NCBI GenBank assembly: GCA_964016885.1
Contig: OZ024754.1
Span: forward strand, 16,120,001 to 16,184,000
Length of the DNA: 64,000 nucleotides
DNA from: Eledone cirrhosa
Taxonomy: Eukaryota
Direction: 5' to 3'
The notes beneath the pieces were generated by a model. The model had not been told where the DNA came from, searched no databases, and saw only the letters and a list, made by a program, of their open reading frames with translations. Positions 14,131 to 27,289 of the stretch are shown piece after piece (the stretch's first letter is position 1; each line of letters starts with the position of its first letter). Made by a program: the position numbers and the translations under genes.

Positions 14131-14509
14131 TTATCAGCATTTCTATTGTTACCCTATTGACAAACAGCCACGTCTGCACTCAATTTCCATTAAGAAGACA
14201 CATTTCTTAATCCTTCTGTAATCATCTTTCTAAGAAAATTTATTGTCTATGACTTTCTGATAACTTTAAAAATAATAAAGAATTTAGTGTATGGAATGTA
14301 ACTTAACAAAAAAAGTTTTTACATAAAATTTATTTAGTCGAAGGTTTTACTTAAAATATAAATATTTTCAAGAACAAGATTTTGTAAACAGAAACAGGGA
14401 CAATCTCAGGTGGGTTGGTATGAAACGGGTTAAATACCTAAATAAAGTCTTTGGTATTATCAGCATGTCTCAAAATTATATATGAATATAAGATATAATA
14501 TTTACTTAC

Positions 14510-14683
14510 TCGAATAGGTAGCAAATCTCTGCTATCAACATTATCAATATATTTTCTGGTGCCCATTACTTGAAGACAACATTTTACCGTCATGTCTTGA
14601 ACATAGCCTCTTTGACTATCTTCTCCCTGAATCAGACGGCGGACACAGTCACCGGGCATTAAAGAACGGTCTGCCAAAATAAG
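14510..14683 (-). CDS. UBE2O: Internal coding exon (58 aa, phase 0/0), likely ubiquitin-conjugating enzyme E2 O (E2/E3 hybrid)
   Basis: Acceptor ttttctttcag|CTT, donor CGA|gtaagt; peptide LILADRSLMPGDCVRRLIQGEDSQRGYV...NVDSRDL resembles the remembered UBE2O N-terminal DRSxxPxDxVR..DSQxGxV motif. Confidence 0.8.
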
Positions 14684-15542
14684 CTGAAAGAAAACAAAAC
14701 AAAAAAGATTTATATATAAACATTTGAAGAACACGAAATACATTTAGTTTCCACTTCTTTGAAAATACTTGTCATTTCTCCCAAATTTTGTAAATAAAAA
14801 AAAAAACAATCACGCAAGAATATGAGGAATTGAATGCAGCATGCAAGACATGATTACGGAGATATGGTCACGTGAAGCATAGGGAGAGCCATAGTTGTAT
14901 TTATAAAATGCTGACTGCTTCAAGTGGATGGAACCCATGGGAGAAAGAGACCTAGGAAGACATAAAACTGAGTTACACCAATGACACAATTTTCTTTTAA
15001 TTAAGCCATTATAATGAAAGTCTTTCAACATGTCAACGTAAACCTTTCACTGTATCAGCCTTAGTATTTTAACTCTTTCATTACTATATTTCTCACGAAA
15101 GCCAATGCCTATGATTTTCAAATCATTTTGAAAATAATTGAGAATTTTGAGGGATTTAGTGATATAAATTATGTGTATCCAGTTTAGAATAGGTACACGG
15201 TATCTGTGTCGTAAGAGTTGACTAGAATGATTAGTGCTAGGAAGAACACCCGGTTATAAAAAAATTTATTCAAATACGACCCATATATCGTTTAAAATTA
15301 TTTTATGGTTTAAAATTATTTTATCGATACTCTGAACAGAAGTTTGAGCTTTTTACTGAGAAACATCTATACATATTTTATATGTATTGATTAAACCTAA
15401 AATTACGTTTTATATATATATCATCATTGTTTAACATCCATTTTCCAGGCTAGCATGGATTGAGGGAGATACCAAAATTCCTGATGAAAGTTCTAGTCTT
15501 GTAGAAGCCATTTCTATATTAAATATTGATACATATATATAA

Positions 15543-15653
15543 AATAATAATAATAATAATAGTAATAGTAATAATGATTTCTTTATTAACCACAAGGGTT
15601 TACATAAAGTAGACATTAAGGAGAGTGCAGGACAATACAGGACGGTACAAATG
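15543..15653 (-). mobile_element. Extreme 3' fragment (~78 bp plus (ATT)n tail) of the Tx1-like element
   Basis: 15576-15653 nearly identical to 47325-47402; AAT repeats on both sides. Confidence 0.9.
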
Positions 15654-15733
15654 TAATAATGATAAATATGAAGACTAAAATCCAAAGAGGGCTCGATAAG
15701 GATAAATACATATCACCCTAACCCTAGAGCAAG

Positions 15734-16480
15734 TATTTATTAAAATAACAGATTAAAGTTTAAGCAAAGAATCGCTGCTTTCACCCTTAATGGGATCTTC
15801 TGAAACTAAAAAAAAAAAATCAATCTGTGAATGCAGAAGTAAATATTTTGAAAAACGTTGCAACCGAAGGAAAACAGGATACTTTGGTTCGTGGAAACGT
15901 TCCCTGGCAAAGAACGAAAAAAAAAAAAAGCGAAGATAATACGTCGTTATGTGGAGCGATGAGAACAAATTCATGTAAAGACAAAACCACGTTTATGGCA
16001 TAAATGGAGTCGTTAGACTAATATTCTATTTAAGAAACCCAATGATTCTTGGCTTCAGAGTTAAGAATAATATAAATAAATTAGTTGAACGAAAATGACA
16101 GAGGTTATTAAAATCATAAAAGTAAATATATACATACACGAGCTTACACGAAAACACACGCCATGCATGCATATACATGCATGTACACATAAACATGCAC
16201 ACGTACGTAAACCCGTGTGGCACATCTACCTGCATACATACAAACGTATACACCAATACACATATAAAAATATGTGCGTGTGTGTGTATACATATAATTA
16301 TATAAACGTATATAAATATACACACATAAATACGTCGTCTTCCTGTTTTCCTTCGGTTGCAACGTTTTTCGAAATATTTACTTCTGCGTTCACAGATGGA
16401 TTTTTTTAATTTCAGAAGATCCTGTTAAGGTGAAAGCAGCGATTCTTTGCTTAAGCTTTAATCTGTTATTTTAATAAATA
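15734..16480. mobile_element. Foldback/MITE-like element with ~140-146-bp inverted repeats
   Basis: 15734-15879 is the reverse complement of 16341-16480 with few mismatches; non-coding interior. Confidence 0.75.
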
Positions 16481-16559
16481 TAATATATATATATGTATAC
16501 ACATATATATAAATTGTGTTTATTTGTATGCATAATATTAATTAATTCTCCTTCAATTA

Positions 16560-18299
16560 ATAGATCTAGATGAAATGCAGTTCGGGTTTGTGTCAGGCAA
16601 AAGTACCACAGACGCTCTTTTCATTGTACGACAACTACAGGAGAAGTACCTAGCTAAAAGTAAACCCCTATACTTAGCTTTTGTTGACTTGGAGAAAGCC
16701 TTCGACAGAGTCCCCCGTTCCATTATCTGGTGGGCTCTTAGAAAACTAGGTGTAGACGAATGGCTTGTGAGAGCTATACAAGCCATGTATAAAGAAACAG
16801 GGAGCAAGGTTAGAATTAACAACGAATATAGTGAAGAGTTTAGCGTAAAAGTTGGTGTCCATCAGGGCTCTGTTCTTAGCCCCCTACTATTTATTATTGC
16901 CCTTCAGGCTATAACAGAGGAGTTCAAGACCGGCTGCCCATGGGAACTCCTATACGCAGATGATCTAACGCTCATAGCTGAATCAATGACCGAGCTAGAG
17001 AAGAAATTCCAAGCATGGAAGCAGGGCCTAGAATCAAAAGGCCTTAAAATTAACCTGGCTAAGACTAAAGTTCTAGTTTGTAGGAAAGAAAATAAGGCGG
17101 CGGTCCCTTCCAGGAAATGGCCATGCTCAGTGTGTAGGAAAGGCGTAGGTAGAAACTCCATTTTATGTCCTAAATGCAAAGTATGGGTGCATAAAAGATG
17201 TAGTGGGATCACAGGTAAGCTAAGTAAGAACATAGATTTTACATGTGGCCGGTGCTCTGGTGCAATAAGTAGCAGCAAGTGCCCACAAAATACTAGCTCT
17301 TTCAATTGTGCAGAGGGTTCTATAGAAATAGTGGACAGCTTCCGTTACCTGGGTGACAAAATCAGCAGTGGGGGAAGGTGCTCTGAAAGTACAGTAGCTA
17401 GAGTCAGAACTGGATGGAAAAAGTTCAGAGAGCTTATACCACTATTAGCCGCTAAAGGGTTCTCCCTAAAAATGAAAGGCAGGTTATATGATGCCTGCAT
17501 ACGAACAGCAATGCTGCATGGCAGTGAGACCTGGGCATTGTGTGCAGAGGAGATACGCAGACTAGAGAGGAACGAAGCTTGCATGCTCCGCTGGATGTGT
17601 AATAGTAATATACGTGAACGGCTAAGCATAAACGAACTAAGGAAAAAATTAGAAATAAGAGGGATCAGATGTTTACTCGAGAGAAGGCTATGTTGGTATG
17701 GTCACGTGATGCGCATGAAAGTCGATAGCTGTATTACAAAGTGCAGGGCAATAAAGATAGACGGTAGCCTCGGAGTAGGCAGACCCAGAAAAACCTGGGA
17801 CGACATGATAAATTCCGACCTCACACGCTTACACCTCTCCAAGACAATGTCACTGGACCGAGACCTTTGGTGGTACTCAGTAATAGAGAAGATCCGCCTT
17901 ACCTAAAATACAAAGTAAAACCTACTACAGTCAGTAGGCATCTCTAACAAAACACACCCCCACACCCCCACCCACCATCCCCACCCATCCACACCGCCCC
18001 TTTCAATGTAAAGTTATGTTGGTGCCACAACATCCAGGCCGAAACAAATGAGATCGTGTAGGTGTCACGACAAAAAAACACACAGTCCACGCTGTAATGT
18101 GGCCGTGTAGGCAACACGGTAAAAACCTCCCAGCCCCACACTGTAAATGTGGTTGGTGTTAGGAAGGGCATCCAGCTGTAGAAAACCCGCCAGACAGTCC
18201 TATGCGAGCAAGACAATCATTCTTGCCTCAAGTGGGAAAACCCCCCGTCCAAACCCATGCAAGCGTGGAACACAGACGTTAAACGTTGATGATGATGAT
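16560..18299 (+). mobile_element. RTE family A, 5'-truncated copy with open RT frame 16575-17906
   Basis: 443-aa ORF nearly identical to the 2166-5249 C-terminal half; full 3'UTR and (GAT)n. Confidence 0.95.
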
Positions 18300-19429
18300 A
18301 CACCATTAAATCTCTTGGTAAAAATATACATAATTTTTATATCTACCTCAAAATACAATTGTTCAATGAAGGATGTCTAATAGATTTAAAAGCCGATTAA
18401 GAGTTATATATATATATATATATATGGTCAGCTAATGTTAGGATTAGGAATATGTTTAGATGTAGGACACATTAAAATACCACGTTAATACACTGTTGAT
18501 ATTTTGATATATTTACATTCATATAATAAATAATACTCTGATGAATAAAGATTTCAAAACATAACCCAGCATTAGAAAAATATATTTGTTACAAAAATAG
18601 ATTTTCCGATTATTTTGAAATCATCATCCTCATCATGTAACACTTGTTTTCCCTGCTAGCAAGGGCTGAATAGACTGGCACAGAGTCATTGACCTCTCAG
18701 ACGGACTGAGAACCTGGATCTCACCTGCAGCAATACCAAGAGTGTCTTGGTTTGACTAAAAACTTATTAGAGTGAGACACCTACATTCCCTGTTGCAACA
18801 TGTAATTGAAGGACACACTATCACCTGTAGCAATGACATGAGCGTCATAGTTTAACTCAAATCATTAGAGGGAGACACCCAATACTCCCTGTTGCAGCAT
18901 ATAATTGAGTATACTTAACATCTCCCATTTATTTTTTTTACTTTTCCCTTTTTTGTCTCATTAATTTCTATTGATTTGTCTCTTTGTAAATCATATTCAT
19001 TATATAAACTGTGTTTACTGACCAATAAATTTCTCACTGATGCTACTATTTACTGTATGAAAACACTGTAAATTAATCATGTTAAGCCCAAAGTGAATGA
19101 AGTATGAAACTTCCCCGAGAAAGACATGAATGTATAACAGCTTTCAATTTTCCTCTTTCTCTTAAAGTCACATGCACTTTCTCTCTGACTTCAACTACTT
19201 AACAGGAAAATGGAGAAGGATGGGACATTATTGGGTCACTAGCTCTAAATATATTTCATCAATACTTTCCTTAGTCTTCTTATACATACACACATTATAT
19301 ATATATCACACACATACATATACAAATATATGCATATACACATACAAATATACACACATATATAGATACATATACACATAATATTGCTTCCTTTTGCATA
19401 AATTTTCTTTAAAAACATTCTGAATAATT

Positions 19430-19433
<4 letters not shown>

Positions 19434-19462
<29 letters not shown>
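19434..19462. repeat. (GA)n microsatellite
   Basis: Direct sequence. Confidence 0.9.
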
Positions 19463-19465
<3 letters not shown>

Positions 19466-20343
19466 ATGGTGATCTACATATGTCTAGCAAGATAGTTGAT
19501 AGAATAAATTTGTTTAAACTATCAACTGATTTAACATATTTTCAATCAATTTATTGATTGATTGATAGGAAGATATCAATCTCTAAAGACAAGATAGATA
19601 CATAATCAGTACACCAGGTGGAAAAGATTTATAATAGATTTTAGGAAGATAAACTTTTGTTTTGGTGCTTATCTCATATTAATGGTGAAAAGATGATGAA
19701 CCTCCCCCCAGCATAGGAAAGTAGCTTTGAAACAAGTCTATTGATAACAATCAAGAGAGTATGAAAGTCAGTTAAATGTAATCAAATTCAATTCATGGTG
19801 CATTAAGTAGGATTTCACCGAGTTATTTCTAAGACAAGCTTCTCTTTACAACAAGCATGGAACAATACTTGTACAGTCATCTGTCATCAAGTGTCCATAG
19901 ATTGATTCCCCCATTGCATGACAGATAAACCCTCTCATGACTGCATTTCTAATGAAAATACACACTATTTCAATTAATTAAGAATTTCGAGGAATCTGCA
20001 AAAATTGTTAATTATTTCATTACTAAGATAGTAACTTAATGTAAAGTTTTTACATAAAATTATGTTGGAAGATATTAATTTAAATTGGAAACCTTAAAAA
20101 TGGGTGGCTTTATTTCATAGAACCAGAGCTGATTTTGGCTGGGTTGATAATAAAAGAATTAAATTATATAACTTAGCTTATCTAAAATCAACACATTTTA
20201 AGTTGTTCGTAGGTGTTGTTGAATGATAGACATAATCTGTCACCCAGTTTAACCATTCCATGACGATATTTGTAATGAAATACACTGTACTGGAATTAAT
20301 CAATGAAGAATTTGGAGGATTTTCTAAAACGATTACTGTATTA

Positions 20344-20802
20344 TTAACCCTTTCATTACCATATTTCAAATGAAAGACACTGCCTATGATTTTCAAATCT
20401 TTTTGAAAATATACAAGAATTTGGAGAAATTTAGTAATATAGCTATCTTTCTCATTAACCCTTTAGCATTACTCTATATATATACTATTGTATTTTCACA
20501 GTAAAAGCACATAATCATTTCACATAATATTGAATCTACGAGATTTTGATATTATATATTTTGAAAAAAATACCTTAACGTGAGTATGAGGGGCTGGTTA
20601 CAGCCAGTTTGAACAAAAAGAGGTGAGAGAATTCTGGCCGGTTTGAATGCTAAAGGGTTAAGCTGGTGTTTCGAGTAAAACTTATGTTTTTTATATAAAA
20701 TTATGAAGGAAAATTTTTAGATAAATGTGAACATTTTAAAACAAGCATCTTAATAGCAGAGGACCAAGGTCAGTTTCAGGCAGTATGATATCAAAAGAGT
20801 AA
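20344..20802. mobile_element. Older TTAA-type MITE (TTAACCCTTTCATTACC...) hosting a younger MITE
   Basis: Left end resembles 15069-15160; degenerate right end ATCAAAAGAGTAA. Confidence 0.5.
20459..20657. mobile_element. piggyBac-type MITE
   Basis: TIR CCCTTTAGCATT/AATGCTAAAGGG, TTAA on both sides. Confidence 0.85.
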
Positions 20803-20859
20803 GATGGTATTTGTAACAAACTATGTTAGAAGGCTTTAATTTAAACAGGTATACTTTAA

Positions 20860-21057
20860 CCCTTTAACATTTAAACCGGCCATATCTGGCCAGAATTCTC
20901 TCACCTCTTTCTTTTCGAACTGACCACTCATACTGATATTAAGGTATTGTTATCAAAATAAATAATATCAAAATCTCATAGAATCGATATTATTTGAGAT
21001 AAAGCCTTTACCTTGAAAATACAATAGTAAATATAGAGTAATGAAAATGCTAAAGGG
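20860..21057. mobile_element. piggyBac-type MITE, same family, opposite orientation
   Basis: TTAA-CCCTTTAACATT ... AATGCTAAAGGG-TTAA. Confidence 0.85.
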
Positions 21058-22529
21058 TTAAAATGGGCAGTTTTGTTTCATAGAACTAAGTTGTTTTAGA
21101 ACTTAGCTGCATTCAATTGAGACTTCTGATAGACATGAACAGCAATTAATGACACAAACTTTAAGTTACACAGACGAGTGGTACCAAGCAATTTAACAAC
21201 CAAATTTACTCTCCTTATTGTCAAACAGTATATTTTGTAGAATTTCATAAAGGAATTCAATCATTCAAACTAAATTATTAACTTGACAAGTTAGCAAACC
21301 AAATACAACCTTTCTCAATATAGCAAATTGATTACATATCACAGCAATAATAACATTTTCAGTTTGGAAGCAAAACACAGAAAAATAATTTTTTAAAAAT
21401 CCATTTCTATATACAATAAAAAAAAAAAAATGTTTATCAACACCAATGAATTTCCTCTGAGATAAGATAAAACAAATTTCAAAATATTAGAATTGATGTG
21501 AAGTGTCAAAATATCCAGGAATCAACAGATAAAATATTCTATGTACCACATGGCTATGCATACACATACATGCTAGCATATGTGTACATGTACATCATAT
21601 GTGTACATACATACATGTACATCATATGTGTGCATGCATACATGTACATCACATGTAGATAGAGAGATGCAATATCAATTTTATAAAAAAAAAGTAGAAC
21701 CAAATTTTCAAGAAGTAGCAGATTCTGTTAGAAAGTAAACCCAAATGGAAATTTTACAAGTAAATTAACTTTTTTGATATCAACCCACCCCAAAAGCATC
21801 CAACACTAGAAAACCCCCCAAACAAAGGGTTGGGAGGACTCTTCAACAGTGTCGAGAACATGACTTTCCTAGTGTTGGTGTTACAATAAAATACACTTGG
21901 CAGAAAGGATTTGGAAAAGGGAATATGTTGACCGATATGAAGAATAAACAAACAAAAGAATAAAGAAATGTTGAATTTCCAAGCCATTTGGAGGTCAGTT
22001 ACTCACTTGCGTACTGATGATGATGATGACTTAACATTAGAGTAATGGTAATTCAATCTGGAAGATAGACTTTTGATTTCACTTAGCAATAAGAAGAGAC
22101 TTAAACTTTCTGGCATCAGAATAAGCTGACATTTACCAAGGATTAGAGACATATTTCTTTTTATATAGAGAACGGAATATGTAAAGACACCTGCTTCGTA
22201 ATAAAAACAAAGAAATAAATGAAAAACAGCAGAAGATTTTAAAACCACCACCCACACTTCTTTTCCACTACATAATCCACATTTCCAGGGGCGGGAGGGG
22301 GGGGGGGGAATAAAAAAAGATTAAAAAACAAACAAACAAAAACACTTTTATAGAGAGTACCAGATATTCTGTAGCTGCAAAGGATTAACAAAAAACAACA
22401 AAAAAAAAGAAGAAAAAGATAAATCATTAATTATTGAAATAATATCTCTGTTACTCTATTTCATCTTTGCCAACTCTATATTACTATGTAGTTGAGCACT
22501 TTTACAGTTTATTTACAATTCCAGTTTAA

Positions 22530-22771
22530 CCCTTTAGCATTGAAACCGGCCATATCCGACTAGAATTCTCTCACTTATTTCGGTTCAAACCTGCTGTAAC
22601 TGGCCGTTCATACTGATGTTAATGTATTGTTCTCTAAATAAATATCAAAATCGCAGATTTGATATTATGTGAGATAATTGTCTGAGGTAAAGATTTTACC
22701 ATGAAAATACAATAGTAAATATAGAGTAATCATCATCATTTTACGTAGGCTTTTCCCTGCATGCTAAAGGG
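22530..22771. mobile_element. piggyBac-type MITE containing a 30-bp retroposed tail
   Basis: TTAA flanks and same TIRs; internal insertion 22731-22760. Confidence 0.85.
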
Positions 22772-22810
22772 TTAAAGTAATAAGTACATTTCATTATTTA
22801 CACAAAGGAC

Positions 22811-22991
22811 GGTGGATTGGCAGTATCGGTAGAGGGTCTGATGCCATGCTTTGACGCATAGAGTTACGCCCCTTGCCATTCTGAGTTCAAATCCCGCTGA
22901 GGTTAACTTTGCCTTTCATTCTTATGGGGTCGATAAAATAAAGTACCAGTAATACACAGGGTGATTGCTGGCCTTGTGCCAAAAGTAGAAA
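22811..22991 (+). mobile_element. tRNA-related SINE with Meta-like central domain; 18-bp TSD
   Basis: B box GAGTTCAAATCC; GCCTTTCAT.CTT..GGGGTCGATAAAAT block; flanks ATTATTTACACAAAGGAC / ATTATTTACTCAAAGGAC. Confidence 0.8.
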
Positions 22992-23145
22992 ATTATTTAC
23001 TCAAAGGACTTTATGTAAATCACAGAAAGTATCTAATTAACTGGGGAACAAAAATAAAAAAAGGCATTGCAAACCATAGTAAATGTTGGAAAAATATTAC
23101 AAAAATTGAATTGTGCACTAAGCAACCAAAGTATAAAATACATTT

Positions 23146-24332
23146 CTCTTTCACATCTGTCTATAATCTGTCTCTCTCACACCTGTGTCTATAATCTCTC
23201 TCTCTCACACCTGTGTCTATAATCTCTCTCTCACATCTGTGTCTATAATCTCTCTCTCTCTCACATCTGTGTCTATAATCTCTCTCTCTCACATCTGTGT
23301 CTATAATCTCTCTCTCTCTCACATCTGTGTCTATAATCTCTCTCTCTTTCACATCTGTGTCTATAATCTCTCTCTCTTTCACATCTGTGTCTATAATCTC
23401 TCTCTCTTTCACATCTGTGTCTATAATCTCTCTCTCTTTCACATCTGTGTCTATAATCTCTCTCTCTTTCACATCTGTCTCTATAATCTCTCTCTCTTTC
23501 ACATCCGTCTCTATAATCTCTCTCTCTTTCATATCTGTGTCTATAATCTCTCTCTCTTTCACATCTGTCTCTATAATCTCTCTCTCTTTCACATCTGTGT
23601 CTATAATCTCTCTCTCTTTCACATCTGTGTCTATAATCTCTCTTTCACATCTGTGTCTATAATCTCTCTCTCTCACATCTGTGTCTATAATCTCTTTCAC
23701 ATCTGTGTCTATAATCTCTTTCACATCTGTGTCTATAATCTCTTTCACATCTGTGAGTATAATCTCTTTCACATCTGTGAGTATAATCTCTTTCACATCT
23801 GTGAGTATAATCTCTTTCACATCTGTGTCTATAATCTCTCTCTCTCACATCTGTGTCTATAATCTCTCTCTCTCACATCTGTGTCTATAATCTCTCCCTC
23901 TCACATCTGTGTCTATAATCTCTCTCTTTCACATCTGTGTCTATAATCTCTCTCTTTCACATCTGTGTCTATAATCTCTCTCTCACATCTGTGTCTATAA
24001 TCTCTCTCTCTCACATCTGTGTCTATAATCTCTCTCTCTCACATCTGTGTCTATAATCTCTCTCTCTCACATCTGTGTCTATAATCTCTCTCTCTCACAT
24101 CTGTGTCTATAATCTCTCTCTCTCACATCTGTGTCTATAATCTCTCTCTCACATCTGTGTCTATAATCCCTCTCACATCTGTGTCTATAATTTCTCTCTC
24201 TTTCACATCTGTGTCTATAATCTCTCTCTCTTTCACATCTGTGTCTATAATCTCTCTCTCTCACATCTGTGTCTATAATCTCTCTCTCTCACATCTGTGA
24301 CTAATCTCTCCCTCTCTCCTATGTGTCTATAA
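23146..24332. repeat. Minisatellite: constant CACATCTGTGTCTATAAT plus variable (CT)n, unit ~24-30 bp, ~40 copies
   Basis: Direct sequence. Confidence 0.95.
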
Positions 24333-24433
24333 TATCCACATGTCTAAATATCCTCCCTTAGGGCTGGTGTACAGATCTGAAGCAAGTACTGAAGCTCTAC
24401 TGGTCTGACCTTTACAGATTCAAAACTTTATTA

Positions 24434-25247
24434 GACATACAATATCACAAGACATACAATATCACAAGACATACAATATCACAAGATATACACTATCACA
24501 AGACATACACTATCACAAGACATACACTATCACAAGACATACACTATCACAAGACATACACTATCACAAGACATACACTATCACAAGACATACACTATCA
24601 CAAGACATACACTATCACAAGACACACAATATCACAAGACATACAATATCACAAGATATACAATATCACAAGATATACAATATCACAAGATATACAATAT
24701 CACAAGATATACAATATCACAAGATATACAATATCACAAGATACACAATATCACAAGATACACAATATCACAAGATACACAATATCACAAGACATACAAT
24801 ATCACAAGACATACAATATCACAAGACATACAATATCACAAGACATACAATATCACAAGACATACAATATCACAAGACATACAATATCACAAGATACACA
24901 ATATCACAAGATATACAATATCACAAGACATACAATATCACAAGACATACAATATCACAAGACATACAATATCACAAGATACACAATATCACAAGATACA
25001 CAATATCACAAAACATACAATATCACAAGATACACACTATCACAAGACATACAATATCACAAGATACACAATATCACAAGATACACACTATCACAAGACA
25101 TACAATATCACAAGACATACACTATCACAAGGTACACAATATCACAAGACACACAATATCACAAGACATACAATATCACAAGACATACAATATCACAAGA
25201 CATACAATATCACAAGACATACAATATCACAAGATACACACTATCAA
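24434..25247. repeat. 17-bp minisatellite GACATACAATATCACAA, ~48 copies
   Basis: Direct sequence. Confidence 0.95.
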
Positions 25248-25527
25248 ATGAAGAATTTGGAACGTGGACATTACTTGATAGAATAACAGGAAGTTAGTTG
25301 ATAGCTATATTTAATGGCTGTAGTCATTGGAAGATAAATCACTTGACAAAATAATTCAGCACTTCAAAAACAATAGATAGGATAGTGTTATCATATCTAA
25401 TAAAGTAACCATTAACAGGCTAAGTTTTCTTTATTTTATAAGTATAGAAGAAAACTCCATTGTCTTATTCCGACCTCATTATAAAAAAGCTTAGCCTAGA
25501 ATTCACTGTACTTGAATGAATTATTAC

Positions 25528-25822
25528 CATCATCATTACCATCATTTTATGTTTATTATCCATGTTGGCATGGGCTCATATGTTCCATTTTGGCATGCTT
25601 TCTATGACTAGTTGACTTCCCTAACACCAACCACTTTACAGCATGTCCAGGGTGTATTTTATCACGGCACCAGCACTACCACCTTACAGGGTCGACTGGG
25701 TACTTTTTATCGTGACACCAGCACTACAACTTTACAGAGGGGGCTGGGTGCATTTTATCATGGCACCAACCTACCTCATTACAAGGTAAACTGTGTACTT
25801 TTTATCATGTCACCAGCACTAC
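25528..25822 (-). mobile_element. Old SINE body with ~4 tandem GTGCTGGTGCC..GATAAAA modules
   Basis: CCTAACACCAACCACTTTACA block followed by ~47-bp repeated modules. Confidence 0.6.
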
Positions 25823-27289
25823 ATAGAATAGGTTGATGGTTTCTATCATTATGTTCTCAGCCAGGCTGAGAAAGGCAGTGATATGGGTGGGGAATAGTTA
25901 CATGTTGCTGATTGAGAGAGGGAGTCATCTGACAATGGGAGATGGAGGAGGAGAATAAACATTGTGTTGTGAAGGGTGACACTGAAGGGAGTGAAGTCCA
26001 GCAGTACACTTAAATGTGTACTCAATAAATATACACTAGTGTACACTGCCACAACAAAAAACTATCTCTCTCTGTTTTTATAGAATAAATGCAAATAGTC
26101 ACTGACTACAAATTTTTATTTTAATGCTTTTTCCATTTAAATATGTTCATACAGACTTTCTATTTGACAAAAACTTCCAATGGCAAGCAGTCTTCTTTAA
26201 AAGGAACAACCAGTAGTCATGTGTATACATGTGTATATACTCTTTTTGTCTTTTACTAGTTTGTCATTAGACTGTGGTTATGCAAAGGCACCACCTTGAA
26301 AGATTTAAACGTTTGATGCTATTTCAATTAATTCATGAACAATTTTGTGGGATTGACTAAAATTATTAGGATTGACTAAAATTATCATGACAAAAAATAG
26401 TAACTTAACATGATTCTTATATAAAATTAGTTTGGAAGATTTTAATTTATTTAGGAACCCTTTAAAATGAGAGGTTTTGTTTCAGAAAACCAAAACCCAC
26501 ATTGTCTGATTGCCAAACACTATAACATCCTGCTTCATGTCATAATTGCTTTTGGTGTTGGAGTGCTTGTGCTAGGGGACAAGTCTTTTGTGTTATATCA
26601 CTAGTCAGCTCAACATGTCATCTTTACTGCATGTCAGATGTGCAATATGGCCCTCAATAAAGAAGAGATATCATACGACTAGAATATAGATATGTGGGCC
26701 ACAAGTTGTAGTTTGATTGCCTGCCTGAACACCATAGGACTATTCAACCAGAACTGACCTGGGGTTACACAACATCATCATTCTTGAAGCCTGCTTATAG
26801 TAAGTAGCAACAACACAACAAATCCAACTTTACACATCTACAAATTGTGAGCAATACAGCCAACAAATATCTCGGTTAAGCCGAACTAATCTGTAGAAAC
26901 AATGATTCAGATGGAAAAGTCAACTACCTTACTTAAATAATAGTTTTTTTTTTTTTTTTTTTTTTTATTTAGTCTGTGATACTTGAGCTAATTTACCTTG
27001 ATCTTTGCTTTTCTATTTCAGTTGATTTACTTTGATCTTTGGTCTCAAAAAGGTAATCCATTTGTGACCAATTAAATTATGGGTGTTCTTATGATTGGTG
27101 AAACAAATCAAATTTAACCCTTTAGCATTTATATTCTCTCTATATACTATTGTATTCATATTTCTAATGAAAGACATTGCCTATGATTGTCACTGTTCAA
27201 TCACCATCCAATCAACAACAAATTTATGACATAAACCAACCAATCAATAAGCAGTATGAAGTATGATACCACCCTCTTTAATAAAAGTT

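Noticed and set aside
14438-14743. 101-aa ORF as a standalone gene
   Set aside because: Only the 58 codons between canonical splice sites look protein-like; the flanks are intronic
15714-15727. Telomere-like CCCTAACCCTAG
   Set aside because: Under two units; expected by chance
18532-18580. CTGATGA...CAAAAC possible decayed hammerhead
   Set aside because: GAAA and stem II absent; cannot be supported
23146-25247. CRISPR-like look of constant repeat plus variable spacer; EIIDTDVKER ORF
   Set aside because: Spacers are only (CT)n length variants, there are no cas genes and the context is eukaryotic; the ORF is a repeat artefact
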